From assembly GCF_018977255.1 (NCBI RefSeq), contig NW_024705592.1:1-32682 (forward strand): DNA of 32,682 nt. The letters run 5' to 3'. Made by a program: the position numbers and the translations under genes. Positions 19,080 to 29,495 of the stretch are shown in pieces. How positions within the stretch are numbered: the first letter of the stretch is position 1; each line of letters opens with the position of its first letter. Under the pieces are notes generated by a model. It saw nothing but the letters and a program-made list of their open reading frames with translations, was not told the origin of the DNA and did not search any database. The stretch is from Callorhinchus milii (Eukaryota).

Positions 19080-20440
19080 GCACAGTCACTGCACGTTATC
19101 ACATATTCTCTCACTCAATCTCTTTCTCTCTCCATCTCTATCCCTGACTCTTGTTCTGTCTCTAACTCTCTCTCTCTGTTTCTCTCTCTCTACCAGTCCT
19201 CCGCCTTCTCTCTCCCCCAGTCAGTCTCTCTCTTTCTCAGTTTCTCTCTGTTTCTCTTGCAGTCTCTCTCTCTCTCTCGGTATTTCTCTCGCTATGTCTG
19301 TCTCTCCCTTCGTCTCCTTATGACATCATTTCTCTGTCTTTCCTACAAAACACGTAGTCACTGCAGGTTATAATATATTACCTTTCAGTCTCTCTCTATC
19401 TCTCTCAGTCTCGTTCTTTCTATCACTCGCAGTCACTATCTCACAGTACCTGTAACTCAGTCTCAAATTCCTTCTCAGTCTCTCTATCTCTCTCCCACTC
19501 TGTCTCTGTCTCACCTACAAAATACAATGTCAATAAAATATATAATATACTCTCTCTTAATGTTTCCCTCACTTAGTCTCTCCTTCTATCAGTCTCTCCT
19601 TCACGCTCCCTCTCTATTTCTCTCAGTCTGTTTTCTGTCTCAGTCTCTCTCTCTCTCGCTCCGCGAGAGACACACGGTCACTATAATTTGTAATATATTT
19701 TCTCTCTCTCTCTCTCTCTCAGGGTATCTGCCTGCCTGCCTCTCTGTCTTTCTGTCTCTTTCTCTCTCTCTCTTTCTCAGAATCGGTCTCTCTACCCCAA
19801 TCTCTCTCTCTCATTCTCTCACTCAAACTCGCTCAGTCTCTCTCATAGTCTCCCACTCACACATACTCCCTCTCTCACAGACTCTCTCGCTCTGTCTCTT
19901 TCTTTCTCTGCCTCGCCCAAAAAACTCACCGTCACTACGCTTTACTATACATATTCTCTCATAGTTTCTTTCAATCGCCCTCTTTGTATATCTTTCTCTC
20001 TCAGTCTTTCCATCTTTCCTTTCTTTCTCTCTTTCTTTCTCTCTTTTTCTCTCTCTTTCTCTTTCTCAGTTTCCCTCTATCTCTCCACAAAATACAGTCA
20101 CTACACCCTATATATTTTCGCTCAGTCTCCTCTTGTAATCATTCTTTCACAGTCTCACTCTCACTTTGTGTCTCTCTTTGAGTCTCACTATCCTCTCTCT
20201 CTGTAACTCTGAGTCTCTCAGTCTCTCCTACAAAACATACTGACCATCTCTCTCTCTCTCTCTGTGTCTTTTACACTCTCTCGCTGTCACTCTTTCTTCT
20301 TGTCTCTTTCAATCTCTTTCTGTCTCTCTGTACTTGCTTCCTCTCAAAGTCTCTCTCAGATTGAGTATTTCCCCGTCTCTTCCTTTATTCTGTCGCAGTC
20401 TCTCGCTCTTGCTCACCAGCAAAACACTATCACTACCCTT
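19080..20440 (-). repeat. Complex (TC)-rich satellite, reverse orientation of 20442-25120
   Basis: TC-rich tract punctuated about 8 times by CC(T/C)ACAAAA(C/T)ACAGTCACTACAC..TATAATATATT-like markers (e.g. 19342, 19513, 19915, 20085). Confidence 0.9.
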
Positions 20441-21631
20441 CAGAGATTGTGAGAAAGAGGGAGACACTGTGAGAGTGTATATACTACAAAACGTAGAGAC
20501 TGTTCTTCGTAGGTGAGAAAGAGAGAGTGGGGGAACTGGAAACAGAGAGAGTGACGGGAAGAGAGTAAAACCCTGAAAGAGCGAGAGAGAGAGATTGAGA
20601 ATGACAAGAAGAGAGAGAGAGAGGCAGAACGGGAGTTTGAGAGGGAAAGAGAGAGGCACTGAGTGAGAGAGAATGAGAGACTGTGCGAGAGACTGAAAGT
20701 TAGAGACTGAGGCTGAGACTCAGTGAGAGAAAGACAGAACGAGAATCAGAGCTACAGACTGAGCTTGAGATACTGGAAGAGAGAGACTGAGAGAGAAAGA
20801 GAGATATTTAGAGAGAGAGACTGAGCGAGAGAAACTGAGGGAGAGAAAGAAAGCGACAGAGAGAAAGAAAGACTGACGGAGAGAGTTACTGCGAGAGAGA
20901 GACTGAGTGAGAAAGACTGAGAGAGACAGATATAGAGATTGAGAGAAGCTGTGGGAGAGACTGGGAGAGAGGGAGAATAGGAGAGAAAGGCTAAGAGGGA
21001 GAGAGAGAGACAGGCTGAGATAAAAAGAGAGAGAAGCTGTGAGGAGAAAGAAAATGTGTAGTGACAGTGCATTTTGTTGGAGAGTCTGAGCGAGAGAATG
21101 AGAGAGAGAGAGACTGTCAGAGGGAATGAATGTGAGAGAGAATCAGAGCGAGTGACTGAAGGAAAGATACTGACAGATAGAGAGATGGAGGGAGAGAGAG
21201 GATGTGTGAAAAAATGTGTGTTTTATGGGTAAGGCAGTATAAGACAGAAAGAGAGACTGGGAGAGAATGGCTGCGAGAGTGAGAAAAAGAGACTGAAAGA
21301 GAGCATGAGAGAGACAGAGAGAGAGAGAGAGATAATCTGTGAAAGAGAAAACGAGAAAGAAACAGAAACAGACTGAGACGGAGTGAATTCAAGAGAAAGA
21401 GACTGAGAGAGACAGAGGGAGAAATTATATTATCAACTGCAGCGAAAGTGTGTTTTGTGGGAAAGGCAGATAGAGTGATAGAGAAAGAGACTGAGAGAGA
21501 GTGGCTGAATTAGAGAGCAAGAGAGCCTGAGAGAGGGAGAATTAGTGCGAAAGACTGAGCGAGAGAGAGAGAGAGACAGAGATAGACAGACAGGGGGAAA
21601 GATAGCGAGAGAGAGACTGTAAGAGGAAATG

Positions 21632-21928
21632 CAACAACAAAAAAATGACAGTTATAGAGTGCCTTTCATAGCGGGTGTACACCCAAAGGCGCTGGACACT
21701 CAGTTGTGGGGGTCCGAGGATGGGTGAGGGGTGGTGTGGTGGTAGGGGTGGGGTAGGTGGGAGCTTTGGGGTGGGGATGAGGGGTGGGGTGTGGATGAGG
21801 GGTGGGGTGTGGGTGAGGTGAGGGCGAGTGGTGGTGAAGGTTGAGGTGTGGTTGAGGGGAGAGGTGGGGGTGAGGGAAGGCAGAGAGGAGTGAGGGAGGC
21901 CAAAGTCATGGTCGAAGATAAGTGTCTT
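21632..21928 (-). mobile_element. L2 LINE 3' end (antisense) with an expanded G-rich segment, inserted in the satellite
   Basis: Reverse complement GAAGACACTTATCTTCGACCATGACTTTGG...C-rich...CCAGCGCCTTTGGG...TGAAAGGCACTCTATAA resembles the element at 236-475. Confidence 0.65.
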
Positions 21929-22482
21929 CTATGAGTGGGAGACTGAGAGAGAAAGAAAGACACACAGAGAAAGGCAGAAAGAGAGAATGACAGAGGCAAA
22001 GCAAGAGACAGAGAAAGAGACTGAGAGAAAGTGTCTGAGAAAGAGACTGAGTTAGAGAATGTCTGAGCAAGAAACAGAGAGAGAGAGACTGAGGAGAGAG
22101 AAACAAAGAGAGAGAGGCTGTTTGAGAGAACATATTAAAGTGTTTTGACTGTGTGTTTTGCAGGTGAGACAGAGAGAGAAAGAGACTGAGGGACGGAGAG
22201 GGAAAGAGAAACGGGGACAGACGGACAAAGGGTTAGAAATAGAGGCTGTGAGACATAGAGAGAGAGAGGCACTGAGTGAGAGACAGATAGACAAAGACAT
22301 AGATAGAGAGAGAGAGACTGGAGGAGTGAGAGACTGGGAGAGAGAGATTGAGAGAGAGAATAAGAGAGAGAGAGAGTGACTGCGAGAGAGGGGGAGAAAT
22401 AGACAGACAGAGAGCCAGACAGAGAGAGAGAGAGAGAGACAGAGCGAGAGATAGAGAGACCAGAGAGAGAGAGAGAGACAGA

Positions 22483-22518
<36 letters not shown>

Positions 22519-23033
22519 CTGCACAAGGGACTGAGGGAGAAAGAGACTGAGTGAGAGCGAGACTAAGCGAGATAGACTGAGAGACAGGCTGAGAGAGATA
22601 GAGAGAGAGAGGGAGAAGCTGAGAGTGTGGGAATGAGAGTAAGACTGGGACTGAGAGAGGCAGAGTGAGAGACTGAAAGAGAAAGACTGAGAGAGAGACA
22701 TAGCCTTAGAAAATGTCTGAAAGAGACATTGAGAGAGAGAGAGACTGTGAGAGAGACTGTGAGAGAGAATGCATTATAACGTGTAGTTACTGGGTTTTGT
22801 GGGAGAGACTGAGAGAGTGAGACTGTGAGACGCAGAGAGTGAGACAGAGAGAGAGGGGGAGAGAAGGAGAAATACAAGGTGAGAGAGAGTAACTGCGATA
22901 TAGAGAGCAAAAGAGGCAGAGAGGGAGTGACTGAGAGGGAGAATATATTTAAAGTGTAGTTACAGTGTTTTATGGAGGAAATTGAGGGAGAGAAAGAGAC
23001 TGGGAGAGAATATATTATAAATGTAGTCAATGT

Positions 23034-23360
23034 GGAGTCCTGTAGCTCAATGGTTAGAGCATTCGCGTTGCAAGCGAGAGACCTGAGTTCAATTCCAGGC
23101 AGAGGGCGAAACCTTGGGGAAGTTTCCTGACTCCTCACAGAGCCTAATAATAATCCCTCCAAAACCAAAACCAATAATTAAAATTAGTCATTTTCAATCT
23201 ATGACTGTTTGTGGGACATTGCTGTGCGCAATTGGCTGCCGCGTTCGCCCACAAATATACAGTCAACTCACTTTACAGTATATTCTGTGAAGCGCTTTGG
23301 GACGTCCTCCCGACGTGAAAAGCGCTGTATAAAATGCAAGGATTATTATTATTATTATTA
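23034..23360 (+). mobile_element. Full-length young tRNA-derived SINE with Deu-like 3' part, L2-type tail and (ATT)n end; candidate TSD AATGT
   Basis: A box TAGCTCAATGG, B box GAGTTCAATTCC, TGTGGGACATTGCTGTGCGCAATTGGCTGCCGCG, GCGCTTTGGGACGTCCTCCCGACGTGAAAAGCGCTGTATAAAATGCAAGG(ATT)n. AATGT at 23029-23033 and 23362-23366. Confidence 0.92.
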
Positions 23361-25159
23361 TAATGTGTTTTTTGGGAATGACCGAGAAAGACGGAGAGTG
23401 GCTGACAGAGTGAGACAGACAGAGAGAGGCAGACAAAGACAGTTAGAGAAAATATATTATTATGAGAAGTGACCATACGTTTTGTGGGAGAGAGAAAGAG
23501 ATACGAGGAGAGAGAATAACTGAGAGAAGCTGGGAGACAGAGAGAGATATAGAGAGAAAGCGTGGCTGAGGGAGAGACTGTGGGAGAGAGAGAGACCGAC
23601 AGAGAGAGAGAGAGAGCATTAGAGATAGACTGTGAGGGAGAGAGAGATAGAGACAGAGGGACATCGAAAGAGTGAAAGAGAGTAACAGAGATCGACAGAG
23701 AGAGACGGTGTGAGAGAGATAGAGAGACGGAGGAGCGACTAGAAGAGAGGGAGAATAACTGATATATAGAGAAAAAGAGACAGAAAGAGAGGTTGGGTGG
23801 GAGATTGTGTTATAATGGGTGACTGCTTTGTAGGAGAGTCAGAGAGAGACTGAGAATGGGAGACTGAGAGAGAGAAGAAAGAGCGAGACTGCGAGGAAAT
23901 ATTATAATGTGTAGTGACTGTGTGCTCTGTGGGAGAAACTGAGACAGAGAGAGAGAAACTGCTGGAGAGATAGAGAAGGAGACTGAGAGAGTGACTGAGA
24001 GCAGGTAAGAGACACAATATGAGAAAGACAGAGAGAGAGCCTGAGAGAGATTGAGAGAGAAAATATATTATAAAGTGTACTGACTGTGTGTTTTGTGAGA
24101 GACACAGAGCAAGAGATTGTGAGAGATTGAGAGAAAATGTGAAATACTAGGAGACAGAGAATGTCTGCGAGAGAGAGAGAGGCAGACAGAAAAACAGACT
24201 GAGAGACGGATAGAGGGATATGCTGAGAGATAGAGACTGAGAGAGACTGTCTGAGTGACAGAGAGACTGAGACAAAGAGAGAGACTGAGACAGAATATAT
24301 TATAAAGTTTAGTGACTGTGTATAATGGGAGAAGCAGAGAGAGAGAGAGAGAGAGAGAGACGGAGAGAGAGAGAAAGATACTGTGTGTGAGAGAGAGAGA
24401 GAAAGGGAATAAGTGAGGGACATTGAGAGAGAATATGTGAATATATGAGAGAAATGTAGTGACTGTGTTTTGAGAGGGAGAGACAGAGACTCAGAGAGAG
24501 AGGGACTGAGAGAAATAATGGGTGAGAGAGAGAGAGAGAGCAAAACTGCAGGAGAGATAGAGAAAAAGACTGAGATTGAGATATAGAAGTAAAGTGAGAG
24601 ACTCAGCGACAGCTTCAGAGAGCCTGAGAGATAGAGACTGAAAGGATGAGAGAGAGAGAGTGAGAGAGACTGTCTGTGTGTGTGTGAGAGAGAGTGAGAG
24701 AGACTGCCTGTATGTGTGTGTGAGAGAGAGAGACTGAGCAAAAGAGAGAGACTGTGAGAGATAGTATTTTATAAAGTGTAATGACTGTGTGTATTGTGGG
24801 AGAGGCAGAGAGAGAGAGACTGAGAGAGAGAGACATAGAAAGGGACTGAGTGAGAGACCGTTAGAGAGAATATATGAATATCTGAGAGAAGTGCAGTGAC
24901 CATGTTTTATTGGAGACACAGAGACTCAGAGAGGGGAACTGAGAGACAGAATGGGCGACAGACCCAAGAGATGGAGAGAGAGTGACATAGAGAGAATGGC
25001 TGAGACAGAGAGAGAGACTGTGTGAGAGAAAGGGAGAGAGAGAGACTGTGAGGGAGAAACTGAGAAACAGAGAAAGGAACAGAGAGAGAGATACAGAGAG
25101 AAAGAGAGAGAGAGAGAGTGATGTGTGTGTGGGCACATGTGTGTGTGTGTGTGACCCTG

Positions 25160-25230
25160 GTCCCAGCGCCTTGGGACTTGCTCCCCACGTGAAAGGCTCC
25201 TGTATATACATGTCAATGTGTATTGTGTTG
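25160..25230 (+). mobile_element. SINE/L2 3' tail remnant just upstream of an LRR exon acceptor
   Basis: CCCAGCGCCTTGGGACTTGCTCCCCACGTGAAAGGC. Confidence 0.6.
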
Positions 25231-25268
25231 TTACACCATATTCCCTGTGTTTGTGTCTCTGTGTCCAG

Positions 25269-25354
25269 GCTGGGGGCAATAATCTGGGAGATTGTGGAGT
25301 GAAGCGACTGTGTGAGGCTCTGAGGAACCCGGAGTGTAAAATACAGAGTCTGCG
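25269..25354 (+). CDS. NLR gene, LRR exon 1 (single repeat; 86 nt where 87 is expected; frameshift in G5 at 25272-25276)
   Basis: Acceptor TGTCTCTGTGTCCAG|, donor CTGCG|GTAAGT. Reads LG(G)[26 protein letters not shown] only if one G is added. Confidence 0.88.
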
Positions 25355-27963
25355 GTAAGTAACGCACTGTGTCTCCAGAGTCTGAATGACTCCAATATCT
25401 CAATGTGTTTATTGTGACTGTCTGATCAGTGCGGCTGAATATTGTGACAGGAATCGGTGTGACAGTGTGAGGCCACAAGCCATCGTTTACATCAAACTCT
25501 CAACATGTATTAAGGTGTGTGTCTGTTAGAGTGTGGGCGTGTGTGTGTGTGTGTGTCTGTGAGTGTGTGTGTGCGTGACTCTGTCTGTGTGTGTGTGTCT
25601 GTGTGTCTCTGTGTGTGTGTGTGTGTCTGCTGTTAGAAGCATTTGCATTCATCTCCAACAACTTTACAATGATCCGATTCCAGTTTACCAATTGGTTGAG
25701 TTCAGTCACTATATTCAGGTCAAAACAGAAGGAAATACACAAATAAATGAAACAATAAAATAATACACAAGACACAAAACGGTACCGATCGGATTCCAGT
25801 CACAGCCCTGGTCGTGTCTCGCACTGCTCCGCTACCGTTCCCGAGAGATATCTAACACACCTTTGTTTAAAGACACTTTAATAACTCCAACCATAGCTGT
25901 CTTTTTTTAAGAAAAACAACACCTTATATGGTTATATACGCAATATGTTTCAATTCTCCCTTTAACCACATTTTATTCTCTCCTAATTAGTCCCTTCGTC
26001 CAGTGTGTAAGTGTGAACAGACTTTCTGTGTCCTTATCGTCCCATTGTATTGTGCTCTGCCTTCAGTTACTGAGCTTTGCAGCCTTTGCACTTCTATTTT
26101 ATATTTTTAAACCACACTTTAACGTTAACCCATGACAATATTGCGTGTATCTGTGTGTTTGTGTGTGTCAGTGCATATGATTGTGTCTGTGTGTGTTTCT
26201 GTATATGTGTGTCTTTGAGTGTTTTTGCGAGTGTTTGTGTGTTTTTGAGTGAGCTTCTGTGTTTTTCTTGTGTATGTGCCATTGTGTGTGTGTTTGTTTC
26301 TGTGTTTCTGTGTGTGTATTTGTGCGCGTGTGTATGTTTGTGTATATGTTTGTGTTTGTGTGTGCATTTGTGATTGTTTGCGTGTGTGTGTCAGCGCCTT
26401 GAAACGTCCTCCCGATGTGAAAGACGCTATACATGTTATCTTGTTGTTGTTGTGTGTGCGTTTGTGTATGTTCCTGCGATTGTGCGTGTGTTTGTGTGTG
26501 TGTTCCCAACTCTTCCCTGCGTTTGTGTCAGTGCATTTGTCTGGGTGTGTGTTTGTGAGTGTAATTTTATGTGTGTATGTGTGTGTGTTTGTGTGTATGT
26601 GTCTTTGTGTGAGTGTTTATGTGTGTATATGTGTCTCTGTGTGTGTGTCAGTCTGTTTCTCTCTCTGTGTGGGTGCATTTTTTTCTATGTATTGTTTGTT
26701 TTTGTGTGTGTGTGTATTTATATGAGTGTGTTTGTGTGTGTGTCTGTGTGTGTGTTTGTCTGTGGGTCATGTGTTTGTTTGTGTGTGTATTTGTGTGTGT
26801 TTCTGTGTGTGTGAGTATATCTGCGTATGTCCATGTGTGTTTGTGTGCATGTCTGTGTGTGTGTGTATTTGGCACTGGGACATGTGTTTGTGTGTGTGTA
26901 TATATATTTATGTGTGTTTGTGTGTGATTTTGTTTATGTTTGTAAGTGTGCATGTGATTGTTTGCACGCGTGTGTGTATGCGTATGTGCGGTGTTGTGTG
27001 CATGAATTTGTGAGAGTTTGTGCGTGTTTGTGGGTTTCTGTGTTTGAATGTGTGTATATTTGTATGTTTGTTTGTGTATCTGTGTATGTGTATTTATGTG
27101 TGTGTGTTTGTATGTGATTTTGTGTGTGTGTGTATTTATTTCTGTTTTTATGTGTGTTTGTATGTTTGTATTTGTGTGCTGTGTTTGTTTGTGTGTACAG
27201 GTGCGTGCGTGTTTGTGAGTTTGTTTTTGTGTGTGCTTGTTTGTTTGTGTCTTTCTGTGTGTGTATTTTGTGTATTTGTGTGTATGTTTGTGTATGTATG
27301 TTTGCTTGTGTTTATTTCTGTGTTTATGTCTGTTTACGTATGTGCGTGTGCACATGTTTGTGTGTGCGTTTTTGTGCGTTTCTGTGTGTTTGTTTGTGTG
27401 TGTTTCTCTGAGTGTGGGGGATTGTGTGCGTTTACGTGTCTGTGTGTTTGTTTGTGTGTTTCTGTGTGTATTTTCGTACGTATGTGTTTGAGTGGGTGCT
27501 TTTGTGTTGTGTGTGTGTGCATTTATTTATGTGCATGTTTGTGTATGTGTGTTTCTATATGTTTGTGTGTATTTCAGTGTCTCTGTGTGTGTGTGTCTAT
27601 GTGTGCGCATCTGTGTGTGTTTGGGTCATTGTGTCTGTTTCTATGTATCTGTATGTGGGTCATGTGTTTTATGTGTGTCTGAGTAGGAGTGTGTCTGGGT
27701 CTGCGTGTCTGGGTTGGTGTGTATCATGGTGTGTGTGTGTGTGTGTGCGTGTGTGTCGCACTCCTACAACCTGTCCGGCATCAAACAAACTGTGAGTGAC
27801 AGTGGGTGACACACACTGTGTTTACTCTGATCCCTGTCATATCTCTGTGTCTCTGATCTCCAGGTTGGACAGTAACAATCTGACAGCGGATTGTACCGAG
27901 GATCTGACCTCCGCCCTCAGCGCAAACCACTCACTGACAGAGCTGTACCTGAATAATAATAAA
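25284..27963 (+). repeat. Tandem LRR exon+intron duplication unit 1 (2680 bp)
   Basis: Collinear with 27964-31465: post-exon block, ~500-bp unique block (25630-26140 vs 28222-28750), SINE tail (26393 vs 29063), TG tract and pre-exon block (27760 vs 31262). Confidence 0.9.
26140..27755 (+). repeat. Degenerate (TG)-rich tract
   Basis: TGTGTGTTTGTGTATG-type repeats, with a SINE tail remnant at 26393-26450. Confidence 0.95.
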
Positions 27964-28034
27964 CTGGGAGATTGTGGAGTGAAGCGACTGTGTGAGGCTC
28001 TGAGGAACCCGGAGTGTAAAATACAGAGACTGGA
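27864..28034 (+). CDS. NLR gene, LRR exon 2 (171 nt, two RI-type repeats, phase 2-2)
   Basis: Acceptor CTCTGATCTCCAG|, donor [66 protein letters not shown]. Confidence 0.95.
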
Positions 28035-29162
28035 GTAAGTAAAGCACTGTGTCTCCAGAGTCTGAATGACTCCAATATCTCAATGTGTTTATTGTGACTG
28101 TCTGATCAGTGCGGCTGAATATTGTGACAGGAATCGGTGTGACAGTGTGAGGCCACAAGCCATCGTTTACATCAAACACTCAATATGTATTAATGTGTGT
28201 GTGTCTGTCTGTGTGTGTGACTGATGTTAGAAGCATATCCAGGTATCTAAAACAACTTCAGAATGATCCGATTCCAATTTACCAATTGGTTGAGTTCAGT
28301 CACTATATTCAGGTCAAAACAGCAGATAATACATAAATAAATGATACATTCAAATAATACACAAGACACATAACAGTACTGACCAGATTTCTGTCACAGC
28401 ACTGGTCGTGTCTCCCACTGCTCCGCTACCGTTCCCGAGAGATATCTAACAAACCTTCGTTTAAAGATAACTTAATAACTCCAGACAAAGCTGTCTTTTT
28501 AAAGAAAAACAACTCCTTATATGGCTATATCCATAACATGCTTCAATTCTCCCTTTAACCCCATTTTATTATCTCCTGATCAGTCGTTTCGTCCAGTGTG
28601 TAAGTGTGAACAGACTTTCCGTGTCCTTGTACGTCCTGACCTTATATTGCCATTGTTTTGGGTTCTGCCTTCAGTCACTGAGCTTTGCCGCCTTTGCACT
28701 TCTATTTTATATCCTTAAACCAAACTTGAACATTATCCCATGACAACACTGTGTGTATGTCTGTGTGTGTGTGTTTCAGGGCATGTGGTTTAGTCTGTGT
28801 GTGTGTCTTGTGTGTGTCTGTTTGCGTATCTCTGTATATGTGCGTGTTTCTGTGTATGTGTGTCTGAGTGTTTTTGTGACTGTGTTTGTTTGTGTATTTT
28901 TGAGTGAGCTTCTGTGTTTTTCTTGTGTATGTGCCATTCTGTGTGTTTTTGTTTCTGTGTTTCTGTGTGTGTACGTGTGCGTGTCTGTTTGTGTGTATGT
29001 TTGTGTATATGTTTCTGATTGTGTTTGTGTGTGCATTTGTGAGTGTTTGTGTGTATGTGTCAACGCCGTGGGACGCCCTCCCGACGTGAGAGGCGCTATA
29101 CAATTTATGTTGTTGTTGTGTGTGTTTCTGAATGTTCCTGTGAGTGTGACCGATTGTGTGTG

Positions 29163-29495
29163 TGTTCCCAACTCTTCCCTTCACAAGCTGCAGATCATCC
29201 AAATTCTGCAGCTCGTGCACTCTCACACACCAGGCTCCCCGACCCCATCACTCCCACCCTCGCCCGACCCCATCACACCCCCCTCGCCCGACCCATCAGT
29301 CCCACCCTCGCCGACCTCATCACTCCCACGCTCGCCCGACCCATCATTCCCAACCTCGCCCGACCCCATCACTCACACGCTCGCCCAGTCTGTCCATCGT
29401 CCAGAAGATCGAGTTCATGATCCTATTCCTGTTCAGCGCTCTGGGAAGTCCTCAGGACGTGAAAGGCGCTCTGTAATTGATATTTTGTTGATGAT
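29163..29495 (+). mobile_element. L2 ORF2 fragment with an internal C-rich minisatellite (29235-29387) and tail remnant
   Basis: PNSSLHKLQIIQ/NSAARALSHTR..DPITPTLA...LSIVQKIEFMILFL parallels L2 LQLIQNAAAR..DHITP.L...LP...RI.FKILL. About 7 copies of CTCGCCCGACCCCATCACTCCCACC. Confidence 0.75.

Larger units (their letters stand above)
20442..25120 (+). repeat. Complex (GA)-rich satellite with a recurring ~40-nt AT-rich marker
   Basis: GA-rich tract with about 15 copies of AATATATTATAAAGTGTAGTGACTGTGTGTTTTGTGGGAGAG-like markers (e.g. 22129, 22768, 22941, 23897, 24060, 24293, 24762). Confidence 0.92.

Noticed and set aside
23034..23108. tRNA-Ala(TGC)-like gene
   Set aside because: It has A/B boxes and an anticodon-like arm, but no paired acceptor stem, and it continues directly into a SINE body and tail. 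The same applies to the heads at 7796, 15195, 16725 and 31887.
25364..25370. RAG RSS heptamers (CACTGTG/CACAGTG) near exons, also at 13321, 15589, 16070 and 6162
   Set aside because: No ACAAAAACC-like nonamer at 12 or 23 nt spacing for the sites I checked. Heptamers are expected by chance in CA/TG-rich DNA.
25378..25430. C/D-box snoRNA in the conserved post-exon block
   Set aside because: Only an imperfect C box (TGAATGA) about 45 nt from a CTGA. It is too short, with no convincing terminal stem.
25687..25696. Palindrome ACCAATTGGT (also 28281-28290) as a bidirectional CCAAT element
   Set aside because: A 10-bp palindrome whose recurrence is fully explained by the unit duplication. There is no other promoter evidence.
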